A stretch of 61,096 nucleotides of DNA, taken from assembly GCA_945870655.1 (NCBI GenBank), contig CAMBSX010000002.1, positions 1 to 61,096 on the forward strand, in the 5' to 3' direction. Shown piece after piece: positions 26,734-35,716 of the stretch. Within the stretch, counting starts at the first letter, position 1. Every line of letters begins with the position of its first letter. The stretch is from Chthoniobacter flavus (lineage in GTDB: Bacteria; Verrucomicrobiota; Verrucomicrobiia; Chthoniobacterales; JACTMZ01). The position numbers were made by a program, and so were the translations under genes. Under the pieces are notes generated by a model, which saw only the letters and a program-made list of their open reading frames with translations, did not search any database and was not told the origin of the DNA.

Positions 26734-27720
26734 ATGGAAATTCTCCAACTTCTCGGTGTCGCGGTCGGTCTGGCCACCTTGTCCGGGCTGAACCTTTACC
26801 TCACCGTCTTTCTCACCGGTCTGGCCGTCCGCTTTGATTGGATTTCCCTGGCCGCGGAATACCAACGGTTGGAAGTGCTTGGCGATCCTTGGGTCTTGGC
26901 CGCATCCGGACTGCTTTTCGCCGTGGAGTTCACGGCGGACAAAGTTCCCTGGGTCGACTCCGCCTGGGATGCGGTGCACACCGCGATCCGGCCGGTGGGC
27001 GCGGCCCTGCTCGCCGTGATGGTGCTGGGCGACGGCAACCCGGTTTTCAATGTCGTCGTCGGTCTACTGGCCGCGTGGCTCGGTTTCACCACGCACGCGC
27101 TCAAGTCGACTGTCCGCCTGCAGGCCAATGCCTCGCCCGAGCCGATTTCCAATCTCGTGCTCAGCGTGGCCGAGGACACTACGGTAGTACTCGGCTTGGG
27201 CCTTATTTTCACTTACCCGATTGTCGCTTTGGTCATCGCGGTCATCGCGCTGGCCGCCATCTGGTATTTCGTGCCGCGCATGCTCCGGTCCACCTCGGTC
27301 AAACTCTGGCTCTGCGGACGCAAGTTGCGCCTCTCTCCGGTCGACGAGGAGGTGGTTGAGATGCCCGACGACTTGCCCTCGGCCGCCCGGGCCGCGGTCA
27401 CCGGCCATGCCGGGGCGGAATGGAATCTCGCATGGTCCGTGCCCTGCATCAGTGGCTCCGGCCCGGGTTACCCGCCCAATCGGTTCGGCTGGCTTGTCTC
27501 GGCCTCCGGTCCGGCCCAGATGCTTTACTTTGTTCCCCGCCACTCAAACCGTCCCCGCGCCCTGCCTCCCGGTGCGCCCGTTGCCCGGCTCGAGCAGAAA
27601 TTTTTGGCCGATGTTCTCGTTCTCGAGTGGCCCGGAGGCGAGCAGGCCCGCTTTCTTTTCGACCGCGGGTCGCGTTCGCTGGCCCGGCTGGTTTTCTCCA
27701 AATTCACCGGACCCCGATGA
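26734..27720 (+). CDS. DUF4126-type integral membrane protein with a C-terminal soluble extension of about 140 aa
   Basis: MEILQLLGVAVGLATLSGLNLYLTVFLTGLAV ... AVEFTADKVPWVDSAWDAVHTAIRPVGAALLA, which is the characteristic ADK-P-x-D...RP motif as I recall it. The track ORF starts at TTG 26725; ATG 26734 is preferred. Confidence 0.7.
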   Translation: MEILQLLGVAVGLATLSGLNLYLTVFLTGLAVRFDWISLAAEYQRLEVLGDPWVLAASGLLFAVEFTADKVPWVDSAWDAVHTAIRPVGAALLAVMVLGDGNPVFNVVVGLLAAWLGFTTHALKSTVRLQANASPEPISNLVLSVAEDTTVVLGLGLIFTYPIVALVIAVIALAAIWYFVPRMLRSTSVKLWLCGRKLRLSPVDEEVVEMPDDLPSAARAAVTGHAGAEWNLAWSVPCISGSGPGYPPNRFGWLVSASGPAQMLYFVPRHSNRPRALPPGAPVARLEQKFLADVLVLEWPGGEQARFLFDRGSRSLARLVFSKFTGPR

Positions 27721-28847
27721 CTGATTCGCCCCGCAGCGTCGAAGAACTGGCCCAAGCGTTGGTCCGGATGCCCAGCGTCAATCCCGACGGCGACCCGGGA
27801 ACCGACCGCACGGGTGAGCAGGCTTGCGCGGAATATCTAGCCGGTTTTCTCCGCGACCTCGGCGCGGAAACGGCTCTCCACGAGGTGCATCCCGGGCGAC
27901 CGAATATCGTGGCGCGTTTTCCCTCCGCCGCGGAAAAGCCGCGCCTGCTTTTCGCCCCGCACACCGACACCGTGAGCGTGGCAGGCATGAGCATTGATCC
28001 CTTCGGGGGAGAGATTCGCGGAGGAAAACTTTACGGCCGCGGGGCGACTGATACCAAAGGTCCGATGGCCTCGATGCTCTGGGCGCTGCGCGAATGCCGC
28101 GAGATCCTCCCGGAACTGACCCACGAAATTTGGTTTGCCGGGCTGATGGGCGAGGAGGCAGGGCAGGACGGCGCCAAGGCTCTGGCCGAACGGGAGCGGT
28201 TCGCCTTTGTCATTGTCGGTGAGCCGACCAATCTCGAGATCGTCTTCAAGCACAAGGTCGACGTCACCGCCCGGATCACCGCCATAGGCCGCGCCGCGCA
28301 TAGCTCGTGTCCGGAGCGGGGCGAGAACGCCATCACCAAGCTGGCAACCGGACTGCTCGCTTTGGCCAAAGCACTGACTTCCCATTTCGAAACGGTTTCC
28401 GACCCTGTGCTCGGGCATCCCACCTTCAGCATTGGGACGATCCGCGGTGGCTCGAAATTCAATATCGTGCCCGATCACGCCGAGGCGGTCCTCGATCTTC
28501 GTTTGCTGCCCTCCCAGTGGAAAGACGGGGAGGCGCGCGATCTTTTCGAGATCATGCGCCAAGCCTGCCCGGGGCTTCAGGTGGAGCAAATTATGGGCTC
28601 GGAGGCGCTGGACACCGATCCCGCGCACCCCCTCGTGGCCAAGCTGGTCGAAATCGGCGGTCGTCCGGCTGGCGCGTCGTGGTTCTGCGATGCCGCCATT
28701 TTCGCGGCGCAGGGCATTCCCGCGGTGGCGGTGGGTCCCGGCTCGATCGCTCAAGCACACACCGAGGACGAGTTCATCGAGGTGGCGGCTCTCGAGCATG
28801 GGGCCGAATACTTCAAAAAGTTTCTTCACAACCTGCGCCTGAGCTAG
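27717..28847 (+). CDS. M20-family metallopeptidase (ArgE/DapE-like deacylase)
   Basis: ATG 27717 overlaps the upstream stop (ATGA). Motifs: APHTDTVSV, GRGATDTKG, GLMGEEAG, and TEDEFIEV near the C-terminus. The N-terminal 99 aa of track ORF 27420.. overlap the DUF4126 gene. Confidence 0.85.
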   Translation: MTDSPRSVEELAQALVRMPSVNPDGDPGTDRTGEQACAEYLAGFLRDLGAETALHEVHPGRPNIVARFPSAAEKPRLLFAPHTDTVSVAGMSIDPFGGEIRGGKLYGRGATDTKGPMASMLWALRECREILPELTHEIWFAGLMGEEAGQDGAKALAERERFAFVIVGEPTNLEIVFKHKVDVTARITAIGRAAHSSCPERGENAITKLATGLLALAKALTSHFETVSDPVLGHPTFSIGTIRGGSKFNIVPDHAEAVLDLRLLPSQWKDGEARDLFEIMRQACPGLQVEQIMGSEALDTDPAHPLVAKLVEIGGRPAGASWFCDAAIFAAQGIPAVAVGPGSIAQAHTEDEFIEVAALEHGAEYFKKFLHNLRLS

Positions 28848-28894
28848 GCTTCTCGGCTTTTCCCTAACTCTCATCCCTCAACCCACAACTTTCC

Positions 28895-30403
28895 ATGCAG
28901 ACCGCCATCACGCCGACCCGCGCCGACAACTTTCCCGAGTGGTATCAGCAGGTGATCAAAGCGGCCGATCTGGCCGAAAACTCCGATGTTCGCGGCTGCA
29001 TGATCATCAAGCCGTGGGGTTGGGGAATCTGGGAAAACATGCAGCGCCAGCTCGACGCGATGTTCAAGGCAACGGGCCACGTCAATGCCTACTTTCCCCT
29101 CTTCATTCCGCTCAGTTTTCTCGAGAAGGAGGCCAAGCATGTCGAAGGATTCGCCAAGGAGTGCGCCGTGGTCACCCATCACCGGCTGGAGGAAAAGGAT
29201 GGCAAGCTCGTCCCGGCCGGTGAGCTGACGGAGCCGCTCATCGTCCGCCCCACCTCCGAGACGATCATCGGTGCGGCTTACGCCCGCTGGGTGCAGAGCT
29301 ACCGCGACCTCCCGTTGCTGATCAACCAGTGGGCCAACGTGGTCCGGTGGGAAATGCGTCCCCGGCTTTTTCTCCGCACGGCCGAATTCCTCTGGCAGGA
29401 AGGACACACGGCGCACGAGACCATGGAGGAAGCGGTGGACGAAACGGACAAAATGCTCGGGGTCTATGAAAAATTCGCCCGCGAGCATCTGGCCCTTCCG
29501 GTTCTTACCGGGGAGAAGTCGGAAGGCGAACGCTTCCCCGGCGCGGTCAGCACACTCTGCATTGAGGCCATGGTCCAGGACCGCAAGGCGATCCAAGCCG
29601 GCACGTCGCATTTTCTCGGGCAAAACTTCTCCCGGGCTTCCGGGATCGAGTTCGCGGCGCGCGATGGGAGCCGTCAGTTGGCCTGGACCACGAGTTGGGG
29701 CGTGAGCACGCGGCTCATCGGCACGCTGATCATGGCGCACTCCGACGACGATGGCCTCGTCTTGCCGCCGCGCGTGGCTCCGGCCCAGATCGTTATTCTC
29801 CCCGTCATGGCTAAAGAGGAATCCCGGGCGGCCGTGCTTGCGGCGGCCGGGAAGCTGGCCGCCGAATTGCGCGGGCAGACCGCGTTCGGCGAGCCAATCC
29901 GGGTCGAGATCGACCGCCGTGATGCCGGCGGCGGGGTGAAAAATTGGGAATGGATCAAAAAAGGAGTGCCGCTCCGGGTCGAAATCGGTCCACGGGACAT
30001 CGAAAAAGGATCGGTGGCGGTCAGCCGCCGCGATCGTGGGCCCAAGGAAAAAGAGTTCCCCGCCCTGGCCGAATTTGTGGCCAGTGCCGGCTCCGTGCTC
30101 GAATCGATCCAGGCCGGCCTCCTTGAGCGTGCGACCAAATTCCGTGACGAGCACACGCACAAGATTGATTCGGCCGAAGATTTCCGTGCCTTCTTCACCG
30201 CGAAGACGGCCGACCAGCCGGAAATTCACGGCGGCTTTGCCCTTGCCCATTGGGACGGGACGCGCGAAACGGAAGAAAGGATCAAAGACGAACTCAAAGT
30301 CACCATCCGTTGCATTCCGCGCCACGGGGAGGCTGAACCGGGGGTGTGCCCTTTCAGCGGCAAGTCCAGCGCCCGGCGCGTGGTCTTTGCCAAGTCCTAT
30401 TGA
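28895..30403 (+). CDS. proS: Prolyl-tRNA synthetase (archaeal/eukaryote-like type without an insertion editing domain)
   Basis: 502 aa. N-terminus TPTRADNFPEWYQQVIKAADLAENSDVRGCMIIKPWGWGIWE, class II motifs (FLRTAEFLWQEGHTAH; GTSHFLGQNFS), and C-terminal ...VVFAKSY. Confidence 0.95.
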   Translation: MQTAITPTRADNFPEWYQQVIKAADLAENSDVRGCMIIKPWGWGIWENMQRQLDAMFKATGHVNAYFPLFIPLSFLEKEAKHVEGFAKECAVVTHHRLEEKDGKLVPAGELTEPLIVRPTSETIIGAAYARWVQSYRDLPLLINQWANVVRWEMRPRLFLRTAEFLWQEGHTAHETMEEAVDETDKMLGVYEKFAREHLALPVLTGEKSEGERFPGAVSTLCIEAMVQDRKAIQAGTSHFLGQNFSRASGIEFAARDGSRQLAWTTSWGVSTRLIGTLIMAHSDDDGLVLPPRVAPAQIVILPVMAKEESRAAVLAAAGKLAAELRGQTAFGEPIRVEIDRRDAGGGVKNWEWIKKGVPLRVEIGPRDIEKGSVAVSRRDRGPKEKEFPALAEFVASAGSVLESIQAGLLERATKFRDEHTHKIDSAEDFRAFFTAKTADQPEIHGGFALAHWDGTRETEERIKDELKVTIRCIPRHGEAEPGVCPFSGKSSARRVVFAKSY

Positions 30404-31338
30404 TGAGCTGTCCCGCTTTTGCCAGGCGCCCCTTCCCGGCTGCTCCGCGCCGGAAAGGGGCTTTTGCCTCGGGGCTCACGGGGGTGCTGACCCTTTTTTT
30501 GTTGCTGACCGCGCCGGTACCCGCGCAATTCCCCTTCAGCGCGTTGCGCTTCCTCAAGCCCGACGGGAGGATCAGTCCGGCGCTCCTCACCGAATGTTCC
30601 GGGTTGGTTCACAGTCTACGTTACAGCGGCGTTTTTTGGGCCCTTGGCGACGGAGGCAGCGGCGCCTCCATCGTCCCGGTCGCGGCCGACGGCAAGTTGG
30701 CCCAGGGTTGGAACCGCCCGGTACAGATCGATGGTCGCCGGAACAACGACTGGGAAGATATCGCCTTGGATGACCAAGGAAATCTCATCATCGCCGACCT
30801 GGGCAACAACAACGGCCGCCGCAAACAGCTCATGCTTCATTTTGTCCCTGAACCCAAGCCGGGCGCCGTCTCGGTCCGGCCGACCCGGACCCTGCGCGTC
30901 CACTACGAAGACCAGAAGGGTGCTTCTCCGGATTACGATTGCGAAGCGGTCTTCTCCGTCGCCGGCCGGATCTACTGCCTGACCAAACACCGCAGCGACA
31001 CCCGAACGCGTCTTTACCGTTTGGACGGGGAATCGGCCAAGCGCTCCAACCCGCTGCGGCTGGTCGGCTCGTTTGACGTCGGCGGGATGGTCACGGCGGC
31101 GGATGCCTCGCCCGACGGCAAAATGGTTTCTGTCCTTACTTACACCGCCCTCTGGGTTTTTTCTTACGACCGTGCTTCGGGCAGTATTTTCACCAAGAGC
31201 GAGAACGTCCGCCGGACCCCGATTTTCGCCTGGCAGGCCGAGGCGGTGGCCTGGGAGGGCAATGATGCGCTGGTTATTGCCAACGAAAACGGCCAACTCT
31301 TTCGGGTCGCCTTGTCCTCGCTGCAGGCGGTCCGTTGA
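30403..31338 (+). CDS. Hypothetical secreted protein (beta-propeller-like sequence character)
   Basis: ATG 30403 shares 1 nt with the proS stop (TGATG). N-terminal hydrophobic signal GLTGVLTLFLLLTAPVPAQ. Segments such as DWEDIALDDQGNLIIADLGNNNG and ASPDGKMVSVLTYTALWVF are present. No family recognised with confidence. Confidence 0.55.
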   Translation: MSCPAFARRPFPAAPRRKGAFASGLTGVLTLFLLLTAPVPAQFPFSALRFLKPDGRISPALLTECSGLVHSLRYSGVFWALGDGGSGASIVPVAADGKLAQGWNRPVQIDGRRNNDWEDIALDDQGNLIIADLGNNNGRRKQLMLHFVPEPKPGAVSVRPTRTLRVHYEDQKGASPDYDCEAVFSVAGRIYCLTKHRSDTRTRLYRLDGESAKRSNPLRLVGSFDVGGMVTAADASPDGKMVSVLTYTALWVFSYDRASGSIFTKSENVRRTPIFAWQAEAVAWEGNDALVIANENGQLFRVALSSLQAVR

Positions 31339-31395
31339 TCCCGGACCCGTGCTTCCCGCGTTGCCCCGAGCGCTGCGGTCAGCCATAACGTTCCG

Positions 31396-32508
31396 ATGAC
31401 AGACGCGCGTTACGATCGGCTGGCCGAAGTTTTGACCAAACATTCCACCGCCCTCCAACCCGGAGACAAGGTGCTCATTGATGTCTCTGATGTTCCTGAT
31501 GCCATGGTCATTGCCTTGATCCGTGCGGTGCGCAAAGCCAAGGCTCTTCCTTTTACCCAGATCCAGCACAGTCGCGTTTCCCGCGAAATGGCCATCGGGG
31601 CAACGGGCCCGCAGATCGGTCTCTCGGCCGAGGTTGAAATGGCGCGGATGAAAAAGATGGACGCTTATATCGCCATTCGCGGCAGCGACAATGCGACGGA
31701 AATGAGCGATGTTCCGGCGGACAAGCTCAAGATGATCGCCGCAACGATGCGCCCGGTCATGAACCATCGCATCAACAAGACCCGCTGGGTCGTGCTGCGT
31801 TGGCCCTCGCCCTCCATGGCGCAGCAGGCGCAGATGAGCACGGAGGCTTTTGAGGATTATTATTTCCGGGTCTGTACCCTCGACTATGGAAAATTGCGCA
31901 AAGGCATGGAATGGCTCAAGGCGCTGATGGATGCGTCCGACAAGGTGCACATCAAGGGGCCCGATACCGACCTGCGGTTCAGCATCAAAGACATCGGTTC
32001 GGTCATTTGCGGCGGTGCCCGCAATATTCCGGACGGGGAAGTTTTCACCGCGCCGGTCAAACGAAGCGTCGAAGGCAAAGTGCGCTTCAACGTTCCCACC
32101 ATCTATCACGGCACCGCCTTCGAGGACATCGCCCTCGAATTCAAACAGGGGCGGGTCATCAACGGAACGGCCGGCCGGAATACCTCCAAGCTGAACGCTA
32201 TTCTTGATGCCGATGCCGGCGCCCGTTTCATCGGCGAGTTTTCGCTCGGGTTCAATCCGCATATCCTTCACCCCATCCGCGATATTCTCTTCGACGAGAA
32301 GATTGCGGGGTCCTTCCACTTCACTCCGGGCCAAGCTTACGAGGTCGGCGGCAACGGCAACCGCAGCCAAGTCCATTGGGACATGGTCTGCATCCAGCGA
32401 GCCGACTACGGTGGCGGGGAAGTGTGGTTTGACGGCAAGCTGATCCGCAAAGACGGCATCTTTGTCCCGCCAGAGCTGAAATCGCTCAACCCGGAGCGCG
32501 CAAAGTAG
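31396..32508 (+). CDS. Aminopeptidase, peptidase family M29 (AmpS/PepS-like)
   Basis: 370 aa. [28 protein letters not shown]..., ...[11 protein letters not shown]..., [23 protein letters not shown]. Confidence 0.85.
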   Translation: MTDARYDRLAEVLTKHSTALQPGDKVLIDVSDVPDAMVIALIRAVRKAKALPFTQIQHSRVSREMAIGATGPQIGLSAEVEMARMKKMDAYIAIRGSDNATEMSDVPADKLKMIAATMRPVMNHRINKTRWVVLRWPSPSMAQQAQMSTEAFEDYYFRVCTLDYGKLRKGMEWLKALMDASDKVHIKGPDTDLRFSIKDIGSVICGGARNIPDGEVFTAPVKRSVEGKVRFNVPTIYHGTAFEDIALEFKQGRVINGTAGRNTSKLNAILDADAGARFIGEFSLGFNPHILHPIRDILFDEKIAGSFHFTPGQAYEVGGNGNRSQVHWDMVCIQRADYGGGEVWFDGKLIRKDGIFVPPELKSLNPERAK

Positions 32509-32583
32509 GACGCTCGCACCCCAGACTCCTTCATCCTCTCCAGGCTGGCTGGCGCGCCGGCGTTGCGGACCGTATTTGTCACC

Positions 32584-33708
32584 TCACGGTGGTGCAACGT
32601 CCATCGCACAGCGGAACCCGACGTGGCTGCTGCCGGTATCCGGCGGAGTTCCACGCCGGGCAGCTGGACGGTAGCTTTCGCAGTAGGCTGGATGGCAGAG
32701 GAAGGATCCGCCTTTGGTCACGCGGCGTTCCGCACCGGGAACGAGTGGCGGTGAGGGGTCCCCGGGGACCGGAGTTTCGCGCTCCGCGTCGAGCGGTCCG
32801 CCTGGGTCGCAGCAGGCAAGCTGGTTGTCCGCCCGCGCGGCGAAGGTATCGGCGCGGTAAAGGTCACTGCACCAATTCCACACGTTGCCGCCCATATCAT
32901 GAAGGCCGTATCCATTGGGGGGAAAGGATCCGACGGGTGATGTGCCGGCAAAGCCGTCAGCTTGGTCGTTACGGTAGGGGAATGGGCCGGTCCAGCGATT
33001 GACCATGAATCGGCCATCCGGGTTCTCTTCGTGCCCCCACGCGTAGCGGGCTTGGTCAAGTCCGCCGCGCGCAGCGAATTCCCATTCGGCTTCGGTGGGC
33101 AGGCGCTTGCCGGCCCAGTCGGCATACGCCTGCGCGTCCTCCCAAGCAACGTGGACCACGGGATGGTTCCCGCGTCCTTCCAAATTGGTTTCCGGACCCT
33201 CGGGGTTGCGCCATGACGCGCCGGTAGTCCAAACCCACCATTGCGACATGTCGCCAAGATCGACCGGGCCCTTGCTCGGCCGGAAAACGAGCGAACCGGG
33301 AGCCAGCACTTCGTCGGGTGGCTTCGGTGTTCCGGGTGGGACCTGCTTTTTCATTTCCTCCCAATCGACCGGGCGTTCGGCCACCGTGAGGTAGCCGGTC
33401 GAGGCAATGAAGCGGGCAAAGTCGTCATTGGTCACTGCATTGACGTCGAGCCAGAACGGGGAAACGGTGACCCGGTGCGGGGGACTTTCGTTGGGGAAGG
33501 CATAGTCGGCCTCCGTCCCCATAGTGAATTCGCCGCCGGGAATGAGAACCATGCCCGGCGGAACAACGGTCGGCCCGCAGGCGGCGAGGGTCAGAGCGAG
33601 GAGTCCGAGGGCTGGTCGTGAGAGTTGCTGCCACGGGGCGGGTGCGGGCGTTATCGCGACGGGGACATCGCGATCCATCTTCGGGCTGGCGGCGAAAGGG
33701 AGCTTCAA
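32584..33708 (-). CDS. Formylglycine-generating enzyme (SUMF1/FGE family) lipoprotein, catalytic Cys pair present
   Basis: Lipobox LALTLAACG. FGE motifs VTVSPFWLDVNAVTNDDFARF, HPVVHVAWEDAQAYADWAGKRLPTEAEWEFAARGG, GLHDMGGNVWNW, and KGGSFLCHPAYCESYRPAARRG (Cys codons at 32695-32697 and 32680-32682). The start is TTG 33708 (4-nt overlap with the HAD gene stop) or ATG 33678. Confidence 0.85.
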   Translation of the reverse strand: MKLPFAASPKMDRDVPVAITPAPAPWQQLSRPALGLLALTLAACGPTVVPPGMVLIPGGEFTMGTEADYAFPNESPPHRVTVSPFWLDVNAVTNDDFARFIASTGYLTVAERPVDWEEMKKQVPPGTPKPPDEVLAPGSLVFRPSKGPVDLGDMSQWWVWTTGASWRNPEGPETNLEGRGNHPVVHVAWEDAQAYADWAGKRLPTEAEWEFAARGGLDQARYAWGHEENPDGRFMVNRWTGPFPYRNDQADGFAGTSPVGSFPPNGYGLHDMGGNVWNWCSDLYRADTFAARADNQLACCDPGGPLDAERETPVPGDPSPPLVPGAERRVTKGGSFLCHPAYCESYRPAARRGTPPDTGSSHVGFRCAMDVAPP

Positions 33709-34742
33709 TCGGCAAAAACTTCCGTCCAGTCCTTCTGCATGTCCACCACAATCCAGCCGCGGCGCGTCGCATCGGCCAGTGCTTCGACGAGCTTACCGCT
33801 GCTTTTTGGTTCTGAGTCGTAGGCGTATTCGCGGTCTGCGTCAGTGTGGTGGATGATGAGACCTAGCGAGGGACGCGGATTGTCGACCGTGGTGTACTCG
33901 AGCATTTCCTTGTCGCCATCGCTGTTGCCGAAGCAGGCAATCGGGCGGCGGCCGATGAATTGATGGATGGCGACGGGTTTGCCTGCTTTGTCGTCGATGA
34001 AGAGGGTGTCCATCGTTTTGACCAGAACCGGTCCGCTTTGGCGCAGTTTGTAGACCGTGCGGGCGTTTGAGCCCACGACTTGTTCGGGTGGCACGCCGTA
34101 AACGCGCTCGCTGAAGACACGCATGAAGTCCGCGCCTCCGCCGGAGACAAGGAAGGTTTTAAAGCCGTTCGCGCGCAGGTAGGCCAGCAGTTCGAGCATG
34201 GGTTGGTAGGCGAGTTGGTCGCAGGGCCGGTCGAACCGCGGATGCTTCGCGGTGGCGAACCACGCGCGCACGCGGTCGGCGAACTCGACTGTGGTCAGGC
34301 CGGAGCCGGTCAGTTCGATGATCCGGAAGAGGCCCTTGTAGTGGTCGGCGAGCAGGGCGGGAAGGTTGCCGGCGATTGCGGCTTGGACGCTGGGGTCATC
34401 TTTCCACTCCGGTTCCTCGGGGAGTCGGCGTTTGAGTTCGTCCAGCGCGAAGGCCAATTGGAATGGCACCGGATTCTCCGGCCAGAGGGTGCCGTCGTTG
34501 TCGAAGACGGCGATGCGCTCGGCGGGCGGGACAAAGTCGCGGGAACCGGCGTCGGTGACTTTGGTGACGAAGTCGATGATGGCTTTTCTTGCGTCGGTGT
34601 CCTGCCACGAGGCAAGGGGCACGTGGACCTTGCCGGGAGCTTGTTCGGGGCCGGCGTGTGCGGCGGACGCGAGGAGGGCGAGAAACAAGACAGCTGTCGG
34701 AAAAGGCCAGCTAGTCCTGCCCGGGGTGCTCCGGGAGTGCAT
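33705..34742 (-). CDS. Secreted HAD-superfamily hydrolase (phosphatase-like)
   Basis: Signal peptide ...AVLFLALLASAAHAG. HAD motif I VFDNDGTLWPE, motif II-like FLVSGGG, motif IV-like GNSDGDKEM. Confidence 0.65.
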   Translation of the reverse strand: MHSRSTPGRTSWPFPTAVLFLALLASAAHAGPEQAPGKVHVPLASWQDTDARKAIIDFVTKVTDAGSRDFVPPAERIAVFDNDGTLWPENPVPFQLAFALDELKRRLPEEPEWKDDPSVQAAIAGNLPALLADHYKGLFRIIELTGSGLTTVEFADRVRAWFATAKHPRFDRPCDQLAYQPMLELLAYLRANGFKTFLVSGGGADFMRVFSERVYGVPPEQVVGSNARTVYKLRQSGPVLVKTMDTLFIDDKAGKPVAIHQFIGRRPIACFGNSDGDKEMLEYTTVDNPRPSLGLIIHHTDADREYAYDSEPKSSGKLVEALADATRRGWIVVDMQKDWTEVFAD

Positions 34743-34751
34743 CGTCTCGGG

Positions 34752-35621
34752 TCAGCTCTGCACGATACGCATGGCCGGAAGGGGACCGCTGATGCCGGCG
34801 TCGTCGAGAGCTTTTTTGGCCGCCTCGTTGAGGGTGAATTGGGTGGGCCAAAAATTGGCGGGGTCGCACCAGACGCGGAGTTCCATGGTGTACTTGTTTT
34901 CGCCGAGGCCGGTGAGAACGGCAACGGGTGCGGGGTCGGCAAGGACGTTCGGATTACCGGAGGTGGCGCCGAGGAGGGTGGCGCGGACTTTATCCGGCGG
35001 GTTGGTGCCGGCCACGGAGCAAGGCACGATGACCACACGCTTCGGATTCGCACTGAAGTTGATAATGTTGCCGCCGGTGATGGCAGAGTTCGGCACAATG
35101 ACCTTTTTGTTGTCGAGGGTCGTGAGTGTTGTGGTGAAAACGCCGATATCTTCGACCGTGCCTTCGGTGCCAGCAGCAGAGAGATAGTCGCCGCGTTGGA
35201 AAGGACGGAAAAAGACGAGGAGGAAGCCTGAAGCGAAATTCGAGAGATTGCCCTGCAGCGCGAGGCCGATGGCCAGACCGGCCGCGGCGATGAGAGCGGC
35301 AAACTGCGCAGTGGGGATGCCGAGTTGTCCCAGCGCGGTGATGATAACGAGAATTAGGACGAGGGTGTGAAGGATGTTGGCGAGGTAGGCGGCGATGGTC
35401 TGGTCGGTGCCGCGGCGTTGGAGTGAGCTGACGACCGCTTTGCGGATCATGCCGGCCAGCCACGCGCCAACGAGGTAAATGAGGATGGCGGTGGCGAGGG
35501 AGGCTGCGAAGGACAAGCCGTTTTCGGCAACCCAGTTGGAGGCGGTGAGAAGCATTTCCTTTCCATCGTGAACAATGGCCGGTGATGCGGCGTCGGGAGC
35601 GGCTTGGGCGAGGATGATCAT
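34752..35621 (-). CDS. Small-conductance mechanosensitive channel (MscS family)
   Basis: 289 aa with three N-terminal TM helices. Pore-helix/beta-domain signature LAIGLALQGNLSNFASGFLLVFFRPFQRGDYL...GTVEDIGVFTTTLTTLDNKKVIVPNS. Confidence 0.85.
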   Translation of the reverse strand: MIILAQAAPDAASPAIVHDGKEMLLTASNWVAENGLSFAASLATAILIYLVGAWLAGMIRKAVVSSLQRRGTDQTIAAYLANILHTLVLILVIITALGQLGIPTAQFAALIAAAGLAIGLALQGNLSNFASGFLLVFFRPFQRGDYLSAAGTEGTVEDIGVFTTTLTTLDNKKVIVPNSAITGGNIINFSANPKRVVIVPCSVAGTNPPDKVRATLLGATSGNPNVLADPAPVAVLTGLGENKYTMELRVWCDPANFWPTQFTLNEAAKKALDDAGISGPLPAMRIVQS

Positions 35622-35716
35622 TTTGTGATGTGGATGTGAGTTGGTGTTGTTTTGTTTGCCATATCAGGACCCGCTTGGGGTGGCTCCTGACTGTGGAGGT
35701 TCTATCCCGCAGTTTG

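Noticed and set aside
28871-32376. Two long minus-strand ORFs (28871..30325, 484 aa; 30616..32376, 586 aa) antisense to proS, the hypothetical secreted protein and the M29 aminopeptidase
   Set aside because: The sense-strand genes carry clear family motifs. The antisense translations are R/G/P/D-rich without motifs. They are shadow ORFs.
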